This document shows positions 45,252-55,434 of a stretch of 64,000 nucleotides of DNA, piece after piece (the stretch's first letter is position 1; every line of letters starts with the position of its first letter). The notes under the pieces were generated by a model. It made no database searches, was not told the DNA's origin, and saw only the letters and a list, made by a program, of their open reading frames with translations. Made by a program: the position numbers and the translations under genes. The stretch covers positions 1 through 64,000 of the forward strand of contig JBHOSQ010000004.1 of the NCBI GenBank assembly GCA_042584585.1. Reading direction: 5' to 3'. Source of the stretch: an archaeon. Its GTDB lineage: Archaea > B1Sed10-29 > WALL01.

Positions 45252-45285
45252 GGGGGGCTGCGCCAATTGGCGCTGCCCCCCAAGT
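45252..45285. repeat. G6-GCCAATTGGC-C6-AAGT palindrome, copy 2
   Basis: GGGGGGCTGCGCCAATTGGCGCTGCCCCCCAAGT. Confidence 0.6.
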
Positions 45286-45338
45286 TCATGATGTTTGGGC
45301 TAGTAGTTTTTTATATCCATAGATTGTATTCCAGCTTA

Positions 45339-46667
45339 ATGAAAAGGATTGCGGTAATGCTCTTGCTGCTCTTGGCTGTGGCCGCGGCAGAAGAGGTGTC
45401 ACTGAACAGGGCTGCAACGCTCGCGGTCGTCGAGTACCCGGATTTGCAGGTCGCGCCGCAGAGCACGCCCGAGCAGCTGGCGGTCACGGAAACCGGGAGC
45501 TACTGGATAGTCGAGTTCGACCAGGTTTGGGTGCCCGTGACAAGTGAGGGCGCAGTGCTAAAGGAACAGGAAGAAGAAATCATTGCCGCGTACAAAGTGC
45601 ACTACGCGCTCCAGACCGTGTCGGGCCAGCGGGAGACAAACCAGTACCCCACGGCGGAAGAAGACACACTCACTTTGCTGCTCGGGGACGTAGAAAACAA
45701 GGAGACTTACTTGGTTTCGTACAAGGCACAGCTGCCCACCGAGCTTCAGGACGAGGCAGACTCATTGGTTACTGCGGCACAGGGCTTGAAGGCGGCAATA
45801 CAGTCATCACGGTCCTCGATAGTCGCGCTGAAGGCGACCGAGACATCATTGTTCTCGAGCAGGGCGAGCTATTCTGACTTCGGGTCGTGGCGCACGGAGT
45901 TCGGGGCCATGCTTGATTCACTGGGCGCGGTGGCGGAAACAGGGTACGCGTACGACGACGGCAGGACGGAGTTCAACCTGGCGGCGACTGCGTTCGTCGA
46001 GTCAAGCAACAACACGGCACAAAAGCAGCTCGTGCAGGCGTTCACGGGCGGCATCGCGATATCAAACATTCCGGGGTCGCTTCCGGGCCTGGAGAGCACG
46101 GTGAGCCAGTGGAAATCCAATTGGCTTGACGTGCAGCTCACCGACGAAAAAATCGGGGAGAACGCGGGAAGCGTTTACATTTTGTACCACGAGTTTTACA
46201 GCGGCGAGACGGTAACTGTGCTGCGGCAGGAGGCGTACTCCAAGGTGCAGGCACTGGCCGTGACCGTGCCGCTCATCCTTGGCGACTTAACGCAGTGCGA
46301 AGACAAGCTGACGCCGCGGGAACAGACCCAGCTCAACGATCTGGACGAGGCGTACACAAAGGCAACCGACGCGTACAACGAGGGCCGCGGATGTGAGACC
46401 GCGCTGGACGACGAGTGCGCGCGGACCGCGTACCAGAACGCGGTTAGTTACTCCGAGGACGCGGCCGCCTTAGAGGGTGAATTGGGGGGAGCCGACTGCC
46501 CGAGCGCAACGCCGACCCCACAGCCAAACATTCTCGGGGATTTCCTTGGGTCTGTGTGGGGGATTGCATTCATTGGCCTCGTGGTTTTGCTGGTGGGGCT
46601 TTACTGGTGGAACAACCGGAAAAAGGAGGAGACTTATGATGAAGGCGAGTACGTTCCTGATTGGTAG
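45339..46667 (+). CDS. Membrane-anchored helical secreted protein
   Basis: Signal peptide MKRIAVMLLLLL, helical acidic body, PT linker, C-terminal TM followed by RKK. Confidence 0.75.
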   Translation: MKRIAVMLLLLLAVAAAEEVSLNRAATLAVVEYPDLQVAPQSTPEQLAVTETGSYWIVEFDQVWVPVTSEGAVLKEQEEEIIAAYKVHYALQTVSGQRETNQYPTAEEDTLTLLLGDVENKETYLVSYKAQLPTELQDEADSLVTAAQGLKAAIQSSRSSIVALKATETSLFSSRASYSDFGSWRTEFGAMLDSLGAVAETGYAYDDGRTEFNLAATAFVESSNNTAQKQLVQAFTGGIAISNIPGSLPGLESTVSQWKSNWLDVQLTDEKIGENAGSVYILYHEFYSGETVTVLRQEAYSKVQALAVTVPLILGDLTQCEDKLTPREQTQLNDLDEAYTKATDAYNEGRGCETALDDECARTAYQNAVSYSEDAAALEGELGGADCPSATPTPQPNILGDFLGSVWGIAFIGLVVLLVGLYWWNNRKKEETYDEGEYVPDW

Positions 46668-47358
46668 CCTGCTTCTGATGGCGGTGGCCTGCGCGGCTTC
46701 GCTGGATGTGGACAACAGGCACGTTTTCGAGGGCGAGGAGTTCACGGTCAAGTACACTGCGAGCGCTCCGCTGTCGCAGCAGGAAGTGTCAATCGCGTTC
46801 GCCGACCAGGAAAAGTCCATCACTTTGCCAAGCATGGCCGTGGGGACTTTTTCGACTACAATTGAGTTCACTGCCCCGCAAAGGGGGACGTATGAAGTCG
46901 TGTCCGGGGAAGCGAGGGCTGTGGTGGAAGTCGAGCCTGCGATGGTCGTGCTCGAGGACGTTCGGGTCGAGCCGTCAAGCGTGTCGCCGGGCGACTCGGT
47001 GCAGCTGAGCTACACAATCCGTAACGACGGCGACGTAAAGGCTTACCACGTGAAGCGAAAAATCACAATAGCGAGTGACGCGTTCAGCTACAATTCCGAG
47101 GAAGACGAGCTGTACGGCGAGATGGGTCCCGGGGCAAGCCTCCACGAGGTCAAGGAAATCATGGCACGGGAAAGCGCTTCCGGCGACGTGAACATACAGC
47201 TTACTGTCAGTTACGAGTTCGACAACGAGGTGCACCGCCGCGAGGAATGGGTGCGGCTCGGCGTGTCGGCAATGGACTTGTGGATGGTCGCGGCTGTGCT
47301 CGTGGTTATTGCTGCTGCGGGGCTATTTTTCTCAAAGACCCAGCGGGCCGGCGAGTAA
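46636..47358 (+). CDS. CARDB/Ig-like membrane-anchored protein
   Basis: AGGAGG RBS, signal peptide, PSSVSPGDSVQLSYTIRNDG, C-terminal TM. Confidence 0.72.
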   Translation: MMKASTFLIGSLLLMAVACAASLDVDNRHVFEGEEFTVKYTASAPLSQQEVSIAFADQEKSITLPSMAVGTFSTTIEFTAPQRGTYEVVSGEARAVVEVEPAMVVLEDVRVEPSSVSPGDSVQLSYTIRNDGDVKAYHVKRKITIASDAFSYNSEEDELYGEMGPGASLHEVKEIMARESASGDVNIQLTVSYEFDNEVHRREEWVRLGVSAMDLWMVAAVLVVIAAAGLFFSKTQRAGE

Positions 47359-47916
47359 GCCGTCGCATTTGCCTGTGGCAAGCTGGGACTGGCCGCCGGT
47401 TATGGTGTAGAGGCAGTTCATTGTCATGCCCGGAGAGATTTCGGGGTTGGCTGAGGCGGTTGCCTTGACAAACACTTGGCAGTAGATTCCCTGGTCCGTT
47501 ATTTCATAGGAATAGGCCATGCCACGGTAAGAGCTGGTGTATTTCCCGGCCGCACACTCAAGGGTTTTTTGGACGCAGAACGTGTCGTCGCCGCAGTCCG
47601 CGGGGCCGCCGGTGAGCTGGAAGGCAAGGAATGCCACTACAGACAGGGCGGCAAGCACCGCGACAATCATCAAAAAGAGTTGTGGGAAATTGATTTCTTG
47701 TTTGGGCTTGGCGTAAAGCCTTGCCTCGGCACGGGACACAATCTTTTCCGAGTCGCCGAAGCTGTAGCCCTGTTCCTTCAGCATGGCCTTAATTGTCTCG
47801 CGCTTTTTGCCTGAGCCGAGGAGCCCGGCGGCGTTGTCGATGACTGCCTTGCTGATTTCTTTTTTTGACGCTTCCTCTATGTCTCCGAACTGCGTCAAGT
47901 CGACTACTTCGCCCAT
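47332..47916 (-). CDS. Single-pass membrane protein with Cys-rich external domain
   Basis: Helical N-terminus, TM, then DCGDDTFC...C...C...C...C. Confidence 0.7.
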   Translation of the reverse strand: MGEVVDLTQFGDIEEASKKEISKAVIDNAAGLLGSGKKRETIKAMLKEQGYSFGDSEKIVSRAEARLYAKPKQEINFPQLFLMIVAVLAALSVVAFLAFQLTGGPADCGDDTFCVQKTLECAAGKYTSSYRGMAYSYEITDQGIYCQVFVKATASANPEISPGMTMNCLYTITGGQSQLATGKCDGLLAGPLGL

Positions 47917-47949
47917 CGGGAAGATGATAAGCGGGAATAGTTTATAAAA

Positions 47950-49047
47950 TCAGCGCTTGAGGTGCAGCTCAAGGACATCGCCATCGACCAGGATGTGGTC
48001 TGCGCCCACGGTCTGCCCGTCGAAGCGGGCGCTCTTGCCCCAGACCTTGGCGTACTGGAAGCGCGTCGCCCACTCGCGCCGGATTTTTCTGCAGGCGCCG
48101 ATGACGCGGTGGTCTTTTCTCTTGAGGATAAGGGGCTCTTTCATGTCCGGGGCATCGCCTATCTTCTTCATGTAGACACGGATAAGCCCAAGTAAGTGGA
48201 GTATTTCTTCGCGGAGGGCGTCGAGGTTCTCCGCGGTTTCGGCCGATACGAGGAGCGCGCCGCTGGCTTCTTTCTTCAGCGCCGCGAGCTCTTTTTTGTT
48301 GAGAGAATCGATTTTGTTGATGACGACCAGTGCCGGGACGTACTTTCGGTTGCCGGTGATTGCGTCGATGAGCTGGTCGATGGTGACGTCCTGCCGCATG
48401 ACCACGTCCGCGTTGTGGATGCCGTACTCGTGAAAGATTTCTTTGGCGAATTTTTCGGTGAGGTGCGTGAGCTTGCACGACGCAACGAAGTGCACTCCCC
48501 CACTGATTTTTTTCCTTATCGTGACGTCGGGGGGATGTTCGTTGAGGCGGAGGTTCGCGATGTAGAGCTCGTCAAAAATGACTTTTAGCTGGCCCGGCTT
48601 GTCAATCAAGGCTAAGACAAGGTCCGCGTTGCGGACCACGCTGAGTATTTCCCTGCCGCGGCCCTTGCCTTCGGAAGCACCGCTGATGATCCCGGGGACG
48701 TCGAGCAGCTGGATTTTTGCGCCCTTGTACTGCATGAGCCCCGGGATGACGTTGAGGGTCGTGAACTCGTACGAGCCGACCTTGGACTCGGCGTTGGTTA
48801 GTTGGTTGAGGAGGGTTGACTTACCCACGGACGGGAAGCCAACGAACAGCACGGTGGCGTCGCCCGTTTTCCTGACGGCGTAGGATGGGCCAGAGTGCGC
48901 TGATTTCTTGATGGCGAGCTCCTGGCCTTCCTTGAGCTTCGCTATTTTTGCCTTGACCAGGCCGATGTGGTGCTGCGTGCGCTTGTTGTACTTAGTGTTC
49001 TTCAGCTCTTCCTCGAGCTCCGCGATTTTTTCTGCTATTACGGCCAT
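47950..49047 (-). CDS. DRG/Rbg1-family OBG GTPase with TGS domain
   Basis: GFPSVGKST, YEFTTL, LLDVPG, NKID, VWGKSARFDGQ. Confidence 0.94.
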   Translation of the reverse strand: MAVIAEKIAELEEELKNTKYNKRTQHHIGLVKAKIAKLKEGQELAIKKSAHSGPSYAVRKTGDATVLFVGFPSVGKSTLLNQLTNAESKVGSYEFTTLNVIPGLMQYKGAKIQLLDVPGIISGASEGKGRGREILSVVRNADLVLALIDKPGQLKVIFDELYIANLRLNEHPPDVTIRKKISGGVHFVASCKLTHLTEKFAKEIFHEYGIHNADVVMRQDVTIDQLIDAITGNRKYVPALVVINKIDSLNKKELAALKKEASGALLVSAETAENLDALREEILHLLGLIRVYMKKIGDAPDMKEPLILKRKDHRVIGACRKIRREWATRFQYAKVWGKSARFDGQTVGADHILVDGDVLELHLKR

Positions 49048-49547
49048 GCCCTGAACACCACTAGCTCCTCGGTCAGTATGGACGTGGAGGAAACGGTTTC
49101 GTATTCGTAGCCCAGCTCTCCAAGCACGGACTTCGTTTTGTCTGTGCCTGTAATCGAGCTCTGGACAAAGAGTATTTGCCCGCCCGGGGTTAAATAATGT
49201 TTTGCCTCGGCGAGGAATCGGTCCAGCAGCTCGCGGCCAGTGGGCCCACCGTCCAGCGCAAGCACGCGGGGCTCCTCGTCCGGGAGGTACGGGGGGTTGA
49301 AGATGATTGTGTCGAACTTTCCGTCGATGTTTTCGAACAAGTCGGACTGGATTGCGTTGATTCCTGCGGCCTTGGCGGCGGCAACGGCGCCGGTGTCGAT
49401 GTCACAAGCAAGGGCCTCAAGGCCCAGCGCAATGGCAGCGCGAGCCTGAATCCCGTTTCCCGTGCCGATGTCGAGGACCCTTCCGCGTGCGTAGCGCTTT
49501 ACGGCTTGCTCGAGGAGGAGCGAGTCCTCCCTTGGCTCATATACCAT
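49038..49547 (-). CDS. HemK2/Mtq2-type release-factor glutamine methyltransferase
   Basis: VYEPREDS.LL, LDIGTGNG, FNPPYLP, LDGGPTG. Confidence 0.9.
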   Translation of the reverse strand: MVYEPREDSLLLEQAVKRYARGRVLDIGTGNGIQARAAIALGLEALACDIDTGAVAAAKAAGINAIQSDLFENIDGKFDTIIFNPPYLPDEEPRVLALDGGPTGRELLDRFLAEAKHYLTPGGQILFVQSSITGTDKTKSVLGELGYEYETVSSTSILTEELVVFRAWP

Positions 49548-49551
49548 GGCC

Positions 49552-50292
49552 TTACATCAGGGGGATGCTGCTGAAGGCGTTCAGCCCGAACAGCGTCGCA
49601 AAGATTGCGGAGAAGATAACAAGCACCACCAGTGCGGCAATGATTATGGCGCCTGATGGCAGCACGACCGCAACCCCCGCCTTGAGCATGTCGATTTGGT
49701 GGGCTTCCGCGGTCACCAGTATCTTCAGCCATACTGTGTAAAGCGCGAGCAGGAGGAGGATAAGAATCTCGCCCCAGCTGATTATGACTGCGAGTATCGG
49801 AAGGACTGGCATAAAGACTGCCGCCAGGAAGTTAAGCACGCCCAGGATGATGGCCGCGAATATCATGAAGACGGTAAGCGGGTAGCACATCATTCCGAAG
49901 TGCATGCCGTATTCGGACTTGCCGCCGAGTAGCTTGGCCATGCCCCAGATCATGCCGTACCAAACGATTGATATGATGATGAACGCCAGGATTACCGGGA
50001 GGAAGAGTATGACGTAGGCCATTATCGCAATGATGGATGCGACAGCCGCCTCGACAACGACCTCGAGTGTCTTGCCGGTGAGCCATGCCACGAGTGAGCC
50101 GACCAATTGGCCGACCGCGAGCAGTAGCACGTTGATTAAGCCCGCCAAAAAGGCAAACAGCACCATAAGCTTTACGCCGTCGCCGAGGCTCGCCTTTCGG
50201 ACAAGCCGCCGGGCACCCATTTGGGGCCGGAAAACCAGCATCCTAAAGTCAGTGAATTTTTCGTTGAAGAAACTAACCACGCCCATACGCAT
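49552..50292 (-). CDS. Yip1-like multi-pass membrane protein
   Basis: About 5 TMs, LVFRP, AKLLGGK. Confidence 0.7.
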   Translation of the reverse strand: MRMGVVSFFNEKFTDFRMLVFRPQMGARRLVRKASLGDGVKLMVLFAFLAGLINVLLLAVGQLVGSLVAWLTGKTLEVVVEAAVASIIAIMAYVILFLPVILAFIIISIVWYGMIWGMAKLLGGKSEYGMHFGMMCYPLTVFMIFAAIILGVLNFLAAVFMPVLPILAVIISWGEILILLLLALYTVWLKILVTAEAHQIDMLKAGVAVVLPSGAIIIAALVVLVIFSAIFATLFGLNAFSSIPLM

Positions 50293-50301
50293 CTCCTGTG
50301 T

Positions 50302-50904
50302 TTACTTTTGTGCAATGGCGTTTAAAACCCTTTCGTGGTCAGAGCCCTCTCGGAGTATTTCGGGCGTGTCTCGGAGGTCGACGACGGTCGAGGACTCGCC
50401 AACTATCTCCCCGGCATCGATGTAAAGCTCGACCAGGTCACCGAAGTAAGAAAAGGACTGCTCGGCCGTGGCCGCGGGCTCTTCGCCGGCCGGGTTCACG
50501 GAAGTTGCGGTGATTGGCTTGTTGAATGACTCGACTATTTCGGCCGCGAGGGGGTTCAGCGGAAGGCGGAACCCGATGCCGCTCGGCGAAAGGTTCCTTG
50601 CGAAGCCGCGGCCCTCGAGAATCACCGTGACTTTTCCGGGCAAAAGCTTTTTCAGGAGGGTTTCCTGCTCGGGGCTGACTTCAGAATATGCCTTTAGCAT
50701 TCGGAAGCTTGAGACCATGACGCTGATTGGCTGTTCTGGGTCGCGCTTCTTCAGGGTGAAGATTTGCCGGACGCAGTCGTGGCGCGTGGCATCGGCGCCC
50801 AGGCCGTAGAGCGTGTCGGTGGGATAGACCGCCATCATCCCCTCCTCTAGCACAGAGACTGCCCTCTCGACTATTCCGGGTGAGTTTGCCTTGAGTATTG
50901 CCAT
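50302..50904 (-). CDS. Threonylcarbamoyl-AMP synthase (YrdC/TsaC, no SUA5 domain)
   Basis: YPTDTLYGLGA, K.R, LPGKVT, TATSVN, SSTVVD. Confidence 0.92.
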   Translation of the reverse strand: MAILKANSPGIVERAVSVLEEGMMAVYPTDTLYGLGADATRHDCVRQIFTLKKRDPEQPISVMVSSFRMLKAYSEVSPEQETLLKKLLPGKVTVILEGRGFARNLSPSGIGFRLPLNPLAAEIVESFNKPITATSVNPAGEEPAATAEQSFSYFGDLVELYIDAGEIVGESSTVVDLRDTPEILREGSDHERVLNAIAQK

Positions 50905-50915
50905 TGTCTCCCCTT

Positions 50916-51569
50916 TTACTGCCTACCGGGCCTGCCGGTGAAATAAATGCCGATTGCGACAGAAATGATTGCGAACGTGATCAAGCCGAGGCTCTGGAGC
51001 AAGAGTATCACGCCCTGGTTTATGTCCGTGAAGTCCAGTGAGATTACCTGGGGCGCTATTGAGATGAGGACGTATAGGATGACGGCGACGCCGAAGAAGA
51101 GGAAGAACATCGAGGCGATGAGCCGCCACTGGCTCGGGCCCCCAAGCATGGAATCGATGTCGACGCGGTTCAGCTTCTGTGACTCGGCGAGCTTCAGGTT
51201 TTCTTCCCGCAGCTTCTTCACCGTCAAGGCCATGTCAGTGCTTTTTTGGTTGACGGTCTTGGCGAACTCGCCGAACTTTTGTTCTGACTCGGTGAGCACA
51301 TCCTTCTTGAGCACTTCCGTCTTTTTCTCGAGTGCCTTCGCGACCATTCCGTCGATTAGTGCCTGGCTTTTTTGTAGGCGCTCGGAGATGAAGGAGTTCA
51401 TCTCGCGCTTGAACTTTGAGTAAACGTCCTTGTCGGCGACTTCCATTATTTTTTTTATTTGGTCGTCCGATAGCCCCAGCTGCCGCAGGTTGTCGACAAT
51501 TTTGTCGTCGGTGAGGCCCTCGGCACGCATATCCGCAACTATCTGCAGGATTTTGGGCTTTTCTGCCAT
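50916..51569 (-). CDS. Coiled-coil protein with two C-terminal TMs
   Basis: Helical N-domain, coiled coil, two hydrophobic segments. Confidence 0.7.
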   Translation of the reverse strand: MAEKPKILQIVADMRAEGLTDDKIVDNLRQLGLSDDQIKKIMEVADKDVYSKFKREMNSFISERLQKSQALIDGMVAKALEKKTEVLKKDVLTESEQKFGEFAKTVNQKSTDMALTVKKLREENLKLAESQKLNRVDIDSMLGGPSQWRLIASMFFLFFGVAVILYVLISIAPQVISLDFTDINQGVILLLQSLGLITFAIISVAIGIYFTGRPGRQ

Positions 51570-51611
51570 AACGCCAACCATTATAAGGTGAGGGTATTTA
51601 AAGTTATCTCG

Positions 51612-52076
51612 ATGGCTCTTGAGCTGCCCTCACTGCCGAAATCCGTTGTTTTCAACTCTTCGGTAATCGCCGCGATAGCGATGTCCGCGCTAATCGCAAT
51701 CATTTTTTTGTGGCAGTTCACGCCGATGCTGATGGGCACGTTGGTGGCTCCGGAAGATTCCAAAAAAGAATTGAGTGTTGACTTTTATTATCTTCGCCAG
51801 GCCACGCCAGGCCTGCCATGGCAAGTCAACGGGACTGCGACAAACCCAGGCAACGAGACACTCACCAACATAAACCTCCGCATTTTTTCCGACAGCAACA
51901 TTGATGGCGCAGACTACGACATAGCCTCCCTTGCGGGCGGGGCCACGGCCAACTTCACAATCGACGCAAAAATCAGGGCGTCCGCGTTCGAGGGGAAGTT
52001 CACCGCGCAAGCAATCGTTTCGGTCGAGGGCCAGGCCCCCACCGAGTATGCGATACCAGTAAGCATATCACGCTGA
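51612..52076 (+). CDS. Membrane-anchored Ig-like protein
   Basis: N-terminal TM, ATNPGNETLTNINL, several N-x-T sequons. Confidence 0.65.
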   Translation: MALELPSLPKSVVFNSSVIAAIAMSALIAIIFLWQFTPMLMGTLVAPEDSKKELSVDFYYLRQATPGLPWQVNGTATNPGNETLTNINLRIFSDSNIDGADYDIASLAGGATANFTIDAKIRASAFEGKFTAQAIVSVEGQAPTEYAIPVSISR

Positions 52077-52130
52077 TTGCCGAAGATACATACGGTAATT
52101 ATTTAAAGCGACCCGTTCTAAACCCTCTCC

Positions 52131-52811
52131 ATGGATTCTCTCAAGCAGCAGATAGCTGGCGAGATAGCCCTCTCCAAGAACCCGGGAGCGACGATAAAGA
52201 AGTGGCGCGAAATCTTCGGAGTCACCCAGACTGAATTGGCCGACTACCTGAAGATAACGCCGTCCACAATAAGTGACTACGAGAGCAACCGCCGCAAGAG
52301 CCCGGGAATCGGCGTAATCAGCAGGTTCGTCGACGCGCTAGTCGACATAGACGCCAACAAGGGAGGGTGGATCCACAAGAAGCTAGCGGGTGAAGAAAAG
52401 CCGGACGTCTTCAGCGTCGCGGACTTCAGCAAGCCCATCCCAGCGAAGGCGTTTGCCAACGCAATCGGCGGAAAAGTCGTGACCAACAAGCGAAGGCTCT
52501 CCGAAATACAGCTGTCGGGATTCTCAATCGTGGACTCGCTTCGCGCGATTCTCGAGCTTCCGGTCGACAACTTCGCCAATATCTATGGGAGGAGCAGCAA
52601 CCGCGCGGTGATTTTCACGCGCGTTGACGTCGGTCGATCACCGATGGTAGCAATCAGGGTGACAAACCCCAAGCCGAGTGTTGTTGTCTACCACGGCCTC
52701 GACAAAATGGATGACCCGATTGCCAAGAAAATCAGCGAGGTTGAAAGGATTCCAATCATTCTCACGACAATGGACATTGAAACGATAAAAGAACGTCTAG
52801 GAAGGTTTTGA
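52131..52811 (+). CDS. Archaeal XRE-HTH regulator (COG1709-like)
   Basis: [44 protein letters not shown]. Confidence 0.88.
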   Translation: MDSLKQQIAGEIALSKNPGATIKKWREIFGVTQTELADYLKITPSTISDYESNRRKSPGIGVISRFVDALVDIDANKGGWIHKKLAGEEKPDVFSVADFSKPIPAKAFANAIGGKVVTNKRRLSEIQLSGFSIVDSLRAILELPVDNFANIYGRSSNRAVIFTRVDVGRSPMVAIRVTNPKPSVVVYHGLDKMDDPIAKKISEVERIPIILTTMDIETIKERLGRF

Positions 52812-53842
52812 AAATGGCAGGCATAGTCGGATACGGCGCGTACATCCCGCGCTACAGGATAAAAGTCGAGGAGATTGCGAGTGTCTGGGGCAAAGACGCT
52901 GAAGCAATCAAGCGAGGGCTCGGCGTGAAGGAAAAAAGCGTGCCTGGCCTGGACGAAGACACAATCACTATTTCGACGCATGCCGCGCGCAACGCCATTG
53001 AGTATTCAGGCATTGACCCCAAAGAAATCGGCGCGGTGTATGTCGGAAGTGAGTCACACCCTTACGCTGTAAAGCCTTCCGCGACAACGGTGGCGGAGGC
53101 AATCAACGCGACACCGGAACTGACTGCGGCGGACTACGAGTTCGCGTGCAAGGCAGGGACAGCCGCAATCCAGACGTGCATGGCAATGGTCGACTCGGGG
53201 ATGGTGAAGTACGGCCTCGCGATTGGCGCTGACACGAGCCAGGGCCGGCCGGGCGACGCGCTCGAGTACACGGCTGCGGCAGGCGGCGCGGCATTCATAA
53301 TCGGAAAAAAGGACACGATTGCGGACATCGAGGCGACTTATTCGTTTACTACTGACACGCCCGACTTTTGGAGGCGCGAGGGGCAGGAATACCCCCAGCA
53401 CGGCGCGAGGTTCACTGGCGTGCCGGCGTACTTCAGGCACGTACAGGGAGCGACCGACGGATTGCTCAAGAAGACCGGGCACGCCTTAGATGATTTCGAC
53501 TACGTCGTCTTCCACCAGCCCAACGCCAAGTTCCCGCTGAGGATGGGGAAGAAGATGGGCATCCCGATGGAGAAGATGGAGACTGGCTTGGTCGGCAAGC
53601 GCATCGGAAACACTTATTCCGGCGCAACCCCCCTGGGGCTTGCGGCGGTCCTTGACGAGGCAAAGGCGGGGGACTTGATTCTGGCCACGAGCTTCGGGTC
53701 GGGGGCGGGCAGCGACTCGTTCGCGATAAAGGTAACGGACAAAATCCACAAGAACACTAGGCCTGTGGACATGTACGCGTCAAGGGTGCATTACCTGAGC
53801 TACGGCGAGTACGTGAAGCACAGAAAGAAAATCAAGATGTGA
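52808..53842 (+). CDS. Hydroxymethylglutaryl-CoA synthase
   Basis: [40 protein letters not shown]. Confidence 0.94.
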   Translation: MKMAGIVGYGAYIPRYRIKVEEIASVWGKDAEAIKRGLGVKEKSVPGLDEDTITISTHAARNAIEYSGIDPKEIGAVYVGSESHPYAVKPSATTVAEAINATPELTAADYEFACKAGTAAIQTCMAMVDSGMVKYGLAIGADTSQGRPGDALEYTAAAGGAAFIIGKKDTIADIEATYSFTTDTPDFWRREGQEYPQHGARFTGVPAYFRHVQGATDGLLKKTGHALDDFDYVVFHQPNAKFPLRMGKKMGIPMEKMETGLVGKRIGNTYSGATPLGLAAVLDEAKAGDLILATSFGSGAGSDSFAIKVTDKIHKNTRPVDMYASRVHYLSYGEYVKHRKKIKM

Positions 53843-53847
53843 TTGGC

Positions 53848-55014
53848 ATGGAAAAAGTCGCGATAATCGGAACCGGGATGACCAAGTTCGGCGAGCACTG
53901 GGACAAGGGCTTGCGAGACTTGATAGCCGAGGCGGGCGCGAAAGCGGTCACCGACGCAGGCATCGAGGGCAAGGACATCCAGGCAATTTACGGGGGCAAC
54001 ATGAGTGCCGGCAGGTTCATCGGCCAGGAGCACGTTGGCGCACTCATCGCGGACGCGATTGGCTTGTGCCCGATTCCATCGACCCGTGTCGAGGCGGCGT
54101 GTGCGTCTGGCGGGCTCGCGCTTCGTGATGCGTACCTTGCGGTCGCGGGCGGAGCTTACGACGTTGTCGTCGCGGGCGGCGTCGAGAAAATGACGGATGT
54201 TTATACTGAGCAGGTCTCGCTGACGCTGGGCGGTGCGGGTGACCAGGAGTGGGAAGTTTTCCACGGCGCCACGTTCCCGTCACTTTACGGGATAATGGCG
54301 AGGCGGCACATGCATGACTACGGGACGACCGAAGAGCAGATGGCCGCGGTCGCGGTCAAGAACCATTCCAACGGCGCGAAAAACCCACTCGCGCAGTTCC
54401 CGTTCGAGATTACCGTCGACCAGGTGATGAAGTCGGGGAAGGTGGCGGAGCCATTGAAGCTGCTGGACTGCTCTCCGATTACTGACGGCGCGGCCGCGGT
54501 GATAATCGCGAACGAAAAGTTCGCGAGGAAGGTGTGCGAGACTCCGGTGTGGATAACCGGAAGCGGGCACGCCACTGACACTCTGGCCCTAGATGACCGC
54601 AGGAGCATTACTGAATTGGACGCTGCGAAGCTCGCCGCACGGGTTGCGATGAAGCAGGCTAACGTCACGCCGAAGGACATTGACCTTGCGGAGGTCCACG
54701 ACTGCTTCACGATTGCGGAGATTTGTGCGGTAGAGGACATCGGCTTCGTCAAGAAGGGCGAGGGCGGCAAGGCAGAGGAAGACGGAATTTTCGACCTTAA
54801 CTCCGACATCTCAATTAACACTAGCGGTGGTTTGAAGTCTTGTGGCCACCCCGTTGGGGCGACAGGCATCAAGCAGGCCGTCGAAGTGACGTGGCAGCTG
54901 CGCGGTGACGCCGGGAAGCGCCAGGTCGACAAGGCAGAAACGGCCTTGACACACAACATTGGCGGGTCGGGGGCGACTGCTGTCGTACATGTTTACTCAA
55001 GGGAGGTGCAATAG
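53848..55014 (+). CDS. Acetoacetyl-CoA thiolase
   Basis: [29 protein letters not shown]. Confidence 0.93.
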   Translation: MEKVAIIGTGMTKFGEHWDKGLRDLIAEAGAKAVTDAGIEGKDIQAIYGGNMSAGRFIGQEHVGALIADAIGLCPIPSTRVEAACASGGLALRDAYLAVAGGAYDVVVAGGVEKMTDVYTEQVSLTLGGAGDQEWEVFHGATFPSLYGIMARRHMHDYGTTEEQMAAVAVKNHSNGAKNPLAQFPFEITVDQVMKSGKVAEPLKLLDCSPITDGAAAVIIANEKFARKVCETPVWITGSGHATDTLALDDRRSITELDAAKLAARVAMKQANVTPKDIDLAEVHDCFTIAEICAVEDIGFVKKGEGGKAEEDGIFDLNSDISINTSGGLKSCGHPVGATGIKQAVEVTWQLRGDAGKRQVDKAETALTHNIGGSGATAVVHVYSREVQ

Positions 55015-55434
55015 ATGCCGCACAGAAAGAGCCTTGCATCGATGTGGCGGAGGGCGCCGCAGCGCTACCGAATGGAAAGCACGATGTGCAGTAGCTGCAA
55101 CACGTATTTCTTCCCGCCCAGGAACTTTTGCCCGACTTGCAGGCGCAAGAGCAAGATAGAGCCGTACGTCCCGTCCGGAAAGGGCAAGGTTTACTCGTAC
55201 TCCATTGTGCACGTGGCTCAGGAGGGCTTCGAACTGGAAGTGCCTTACGTCCTCGCGATTGTCGAGCTGAAGGAAGGGGCAAAGGTGACGGCACAGGTGT
55301 GTGACGTAAACTTTGATGAGCTGAAGATCGGGATGCCGGTCGAGACTACCTTCAGGAGAATCAGCGAGGGTGGAGAAAAAGGCATAATCCATTATGCCTA
55401 CAAGTTTATTCCTACAAGCGAACAGAGTAAGTGA
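55015..55434 (+). CDS. DUF35 Zn-ribbon/OB-fold scaffold of the thiolase-HMGS complex
   Basis: CSSC...FPPR..CPTC, GKVYSYS, PYVLAIVEL, IIHYAYKF. Confidence 0.9.
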   Translation: MPHRKSLASMWRRAPQRYRMESTMCSSCNTYFFPPRNFCPTCRRKSKIEPYVPSGKGKVYSYSIVHVAQEGFELEVPYVLAIVELKEGAKVTAQVCDVNFDELKIGMPVETTFRRISEGGEKGIIHYAYKFIPTSEQSK

